Of a DNA stretch of 64,000 bases, positions 63,401 to 64,000 are shown one piece after another. Source of the DNA: Elusimicrobiota bacterium. GTDB taxonomy: Bacteria > Elusimicrobiota > Elusimicrobia > F11. Position 1 is the first letter of the stretch. Each line of letters opens with the position of its first letter. The stretch covers positions 1-64,000 of the forward strand of contig JBJXGI010000099.1 of the NCBI GenBank assembly GCA_046153645.1. Direction: 5' to 3'. A program made the position numbers and the translations under genes. Under the pieces are notes generated by a model. The model saw nothing but the letters and a program-made list of their open reading frames with translations. It searched no databases and was not told the origin of the DNA.

Positions 63401-64000
63401 GCAATTAAAAGCGATCCGTTTTCCTGGGAAAATTTATGTTGTTAACCAACCTAAAGTAGGGGTTTCTCGAATTGATGAAAATGGTCAGGTTGTTTTTGAT
63501 GCTCAAGCCCGTTATCCAGAAGGTCATGCCAGACCTTTTGTTCAAATGACCAAAAAATCTGAAGGAGTCTATGAGTTAAGGAATGGTGTATTAAAAAAAC
63601 TTAAAACCTCTCTCATGGACGAACACAATAAAAATGGACTTGAACACGTGATGTTTGGGCAAGTCAATGACATGCACATGATGGGCGACCCTGTTGGTTT
63701 AGAAAGATGGGATGCGGCTATCACCGACATGCAAAAAACAGGAGCCGAAATGGTTCTTGAAATGGTTGAAAATCCTCGCAAAGAAGATGGAACTTTCCAA
63801 AAAGGGGGAGGTGCCTTTGGCCTTCTCAGTTCCTTGTTTGGAATCTTAAGAGACAAAATTGCAATGGATGATACAACTCCATTATCTCCTTTTGCTGCGC
63901 GGCCTTCTATTAGCAGAATGTTCTACGTAATTTCAGTAGATGGATTACGAAAGCTAGATGAATCAAAAATTCCAGAATATTTAACTGTAAGAGGAACATC
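60477..64000 (+). CDS. Very large multidomain membrane protein (partial; at least 1174 codons, no stop in window)
   Basis: Translated by hand from ATG 60477 (AGAGG SD) with no in-frame stop to 64000. Signal-like N-terminus, TraB/Tiki-like motifs, hydrophobic TM pair, UDP-sugar pyrophosphorylase-like motifs. Confidence 0.85.
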   Translation, partial: MNVFKKILRRTMIQKHLLPSIARLLSFTFIFTNIAFSYKPAIAANENIWSERKKSYQVAALPENLLMQTPAVTSPINSVATLENTSPFEKEAQKIVNLPVSFLQHVNVREVYRSGQGAPVIIMEDVHANVEAQTRLSEALKAIAKQKGDAPILVGLEGANGKFIYDLYQKLPNKELAIQVADSFMKSGEISGPAHAGFTTYPEKGLKGLTFWGIDDKKLYRENLDAYRSSHKSKNKVVAQINTLRDSINKEKQKTLNPDLKKFDDVVTAYHLGQLQMGEYVEALVKYNLPTSLTIDVFHQAYQMETSLDFNKVEQERAKVIEALVSKMSKPELETLTQVSLGYQEGTVSFAQYYAHLKKMCENAGVSLAATPDFDNYIRYVLMSDGIAVEKLILDLRQLENDIYAILIKSNEEKDLINKAKHVNLMKDLSNFSLSAYQWADYKTGNVKAEDNIDMSVFEKFYEAADARNNALVQNLNQKIASLDKNSNPAVMVMGGYHTLGVKDLLKQKKISYIIATPKLSEIDENETGSSYLSVFDREKSSLDELFSGKKLFMVDTPAGSVDPLNPIATNMAAKMTLFQMLLVEAGKGGDGVISETALNVFQQIANLSLYAVQLKRGNNDSVEITFKVSDRNVSILLSPIQEGESVDTRATVINNYQVGTSEGDSALLEDVLNALKLTVPQVDTNGTTSEKNPRKGSAALALALVAAVPGVVILSPLFGSVFEVLSWKLIPAIVLTALLVWGILIVLRKTPEQRADAISSEKLEKAIAEAARLSEVDVKEMGRLLKSTDKDDKAALAKIIQKYNQKVGGLDAVIANRTVEETVPEMVTIKDTLTDAEQEAQFNAIASGKRGWIVFAGGAASRLDPKGIFASLGLGGLTGKILKKMKDLGLSAEDLKRELPTDAFSDLIDRAQKGVVEDLDDLSLIQRQILRLQTQVTELYEKFGEKSGMKLEDVLSKLTIDVTVNAENIDAVVAQLKAIRFPGKIYVVNQPKVGVSRIDENGQVVFDAQARYPEGHARPFVQMTKKSEGVYELRNGVLKKLKTSLMDEHNKNGLEHVMFGQVNDMHMMGDPVGLERWDAAITDMQKTGAEMVLEMVENPRKEDGTFQKGGGAFGLLSSLFGILRDKIAMDDTTPLSPFAARPSISRMFYVISVDGLRKLDESKIPEYLTVRGT

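Noticed and set aside
60644..63856. Short ORFs listed in the ORF track over this region
   Set aside because: They are antisense or off-frame shadows of the giant plus-strand ORF starting at 60477.

Overview
AT-rich bacterial chromosomal segment from a Gram-negative organism; gene content and protein styles suggest Elusimicrobiota, but that is inference. 1-25.9 kb is one long, tightly coupled surface-polysaccharide/LPS cluster: an aldolase/HAD/2xSDR/KdsB-like/2-hydroxyacid dehydrogenase block, CDP-sugar genes, glycosyltransferases, two O-antigen ligase-like genes, Wzx, an initiating transferase, GalE, an NDP-sugar synthase and PGM/PMM. Next come metK-ahcY, a lipoprotein plus PorV/TraF-like barrel, lptFG, an 1801-aa SprA-like barrel, comF, gap-pgk-secG, four tRNAs, nadA-folE-moeB, thrS-infC-rpmI-rplT-pheST, a porin, zapA-rarA-ygfA, two toxin-antitoxin modules and a >1170-codon ORF that runs off the window end and is missing from the ORF track. 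Most notable: (i) a family of modular imperfect hairpin repeats around the tRNAs and a four-helix-bundle gene; (ii) an ANTAR-type dual-hexaloop antiterminator upstream of the porin; (iii) a SprA-like/PorV-like pair outside a recognisable T9SS context; (iv) the giant membrane protein with a TraB/Tiki-like and a UDP-sugar pyrophosphorylase-like domain. No CRISPR array, rRNA or transposase was seen. All family calls come from motif recognition by eye, not database searches.
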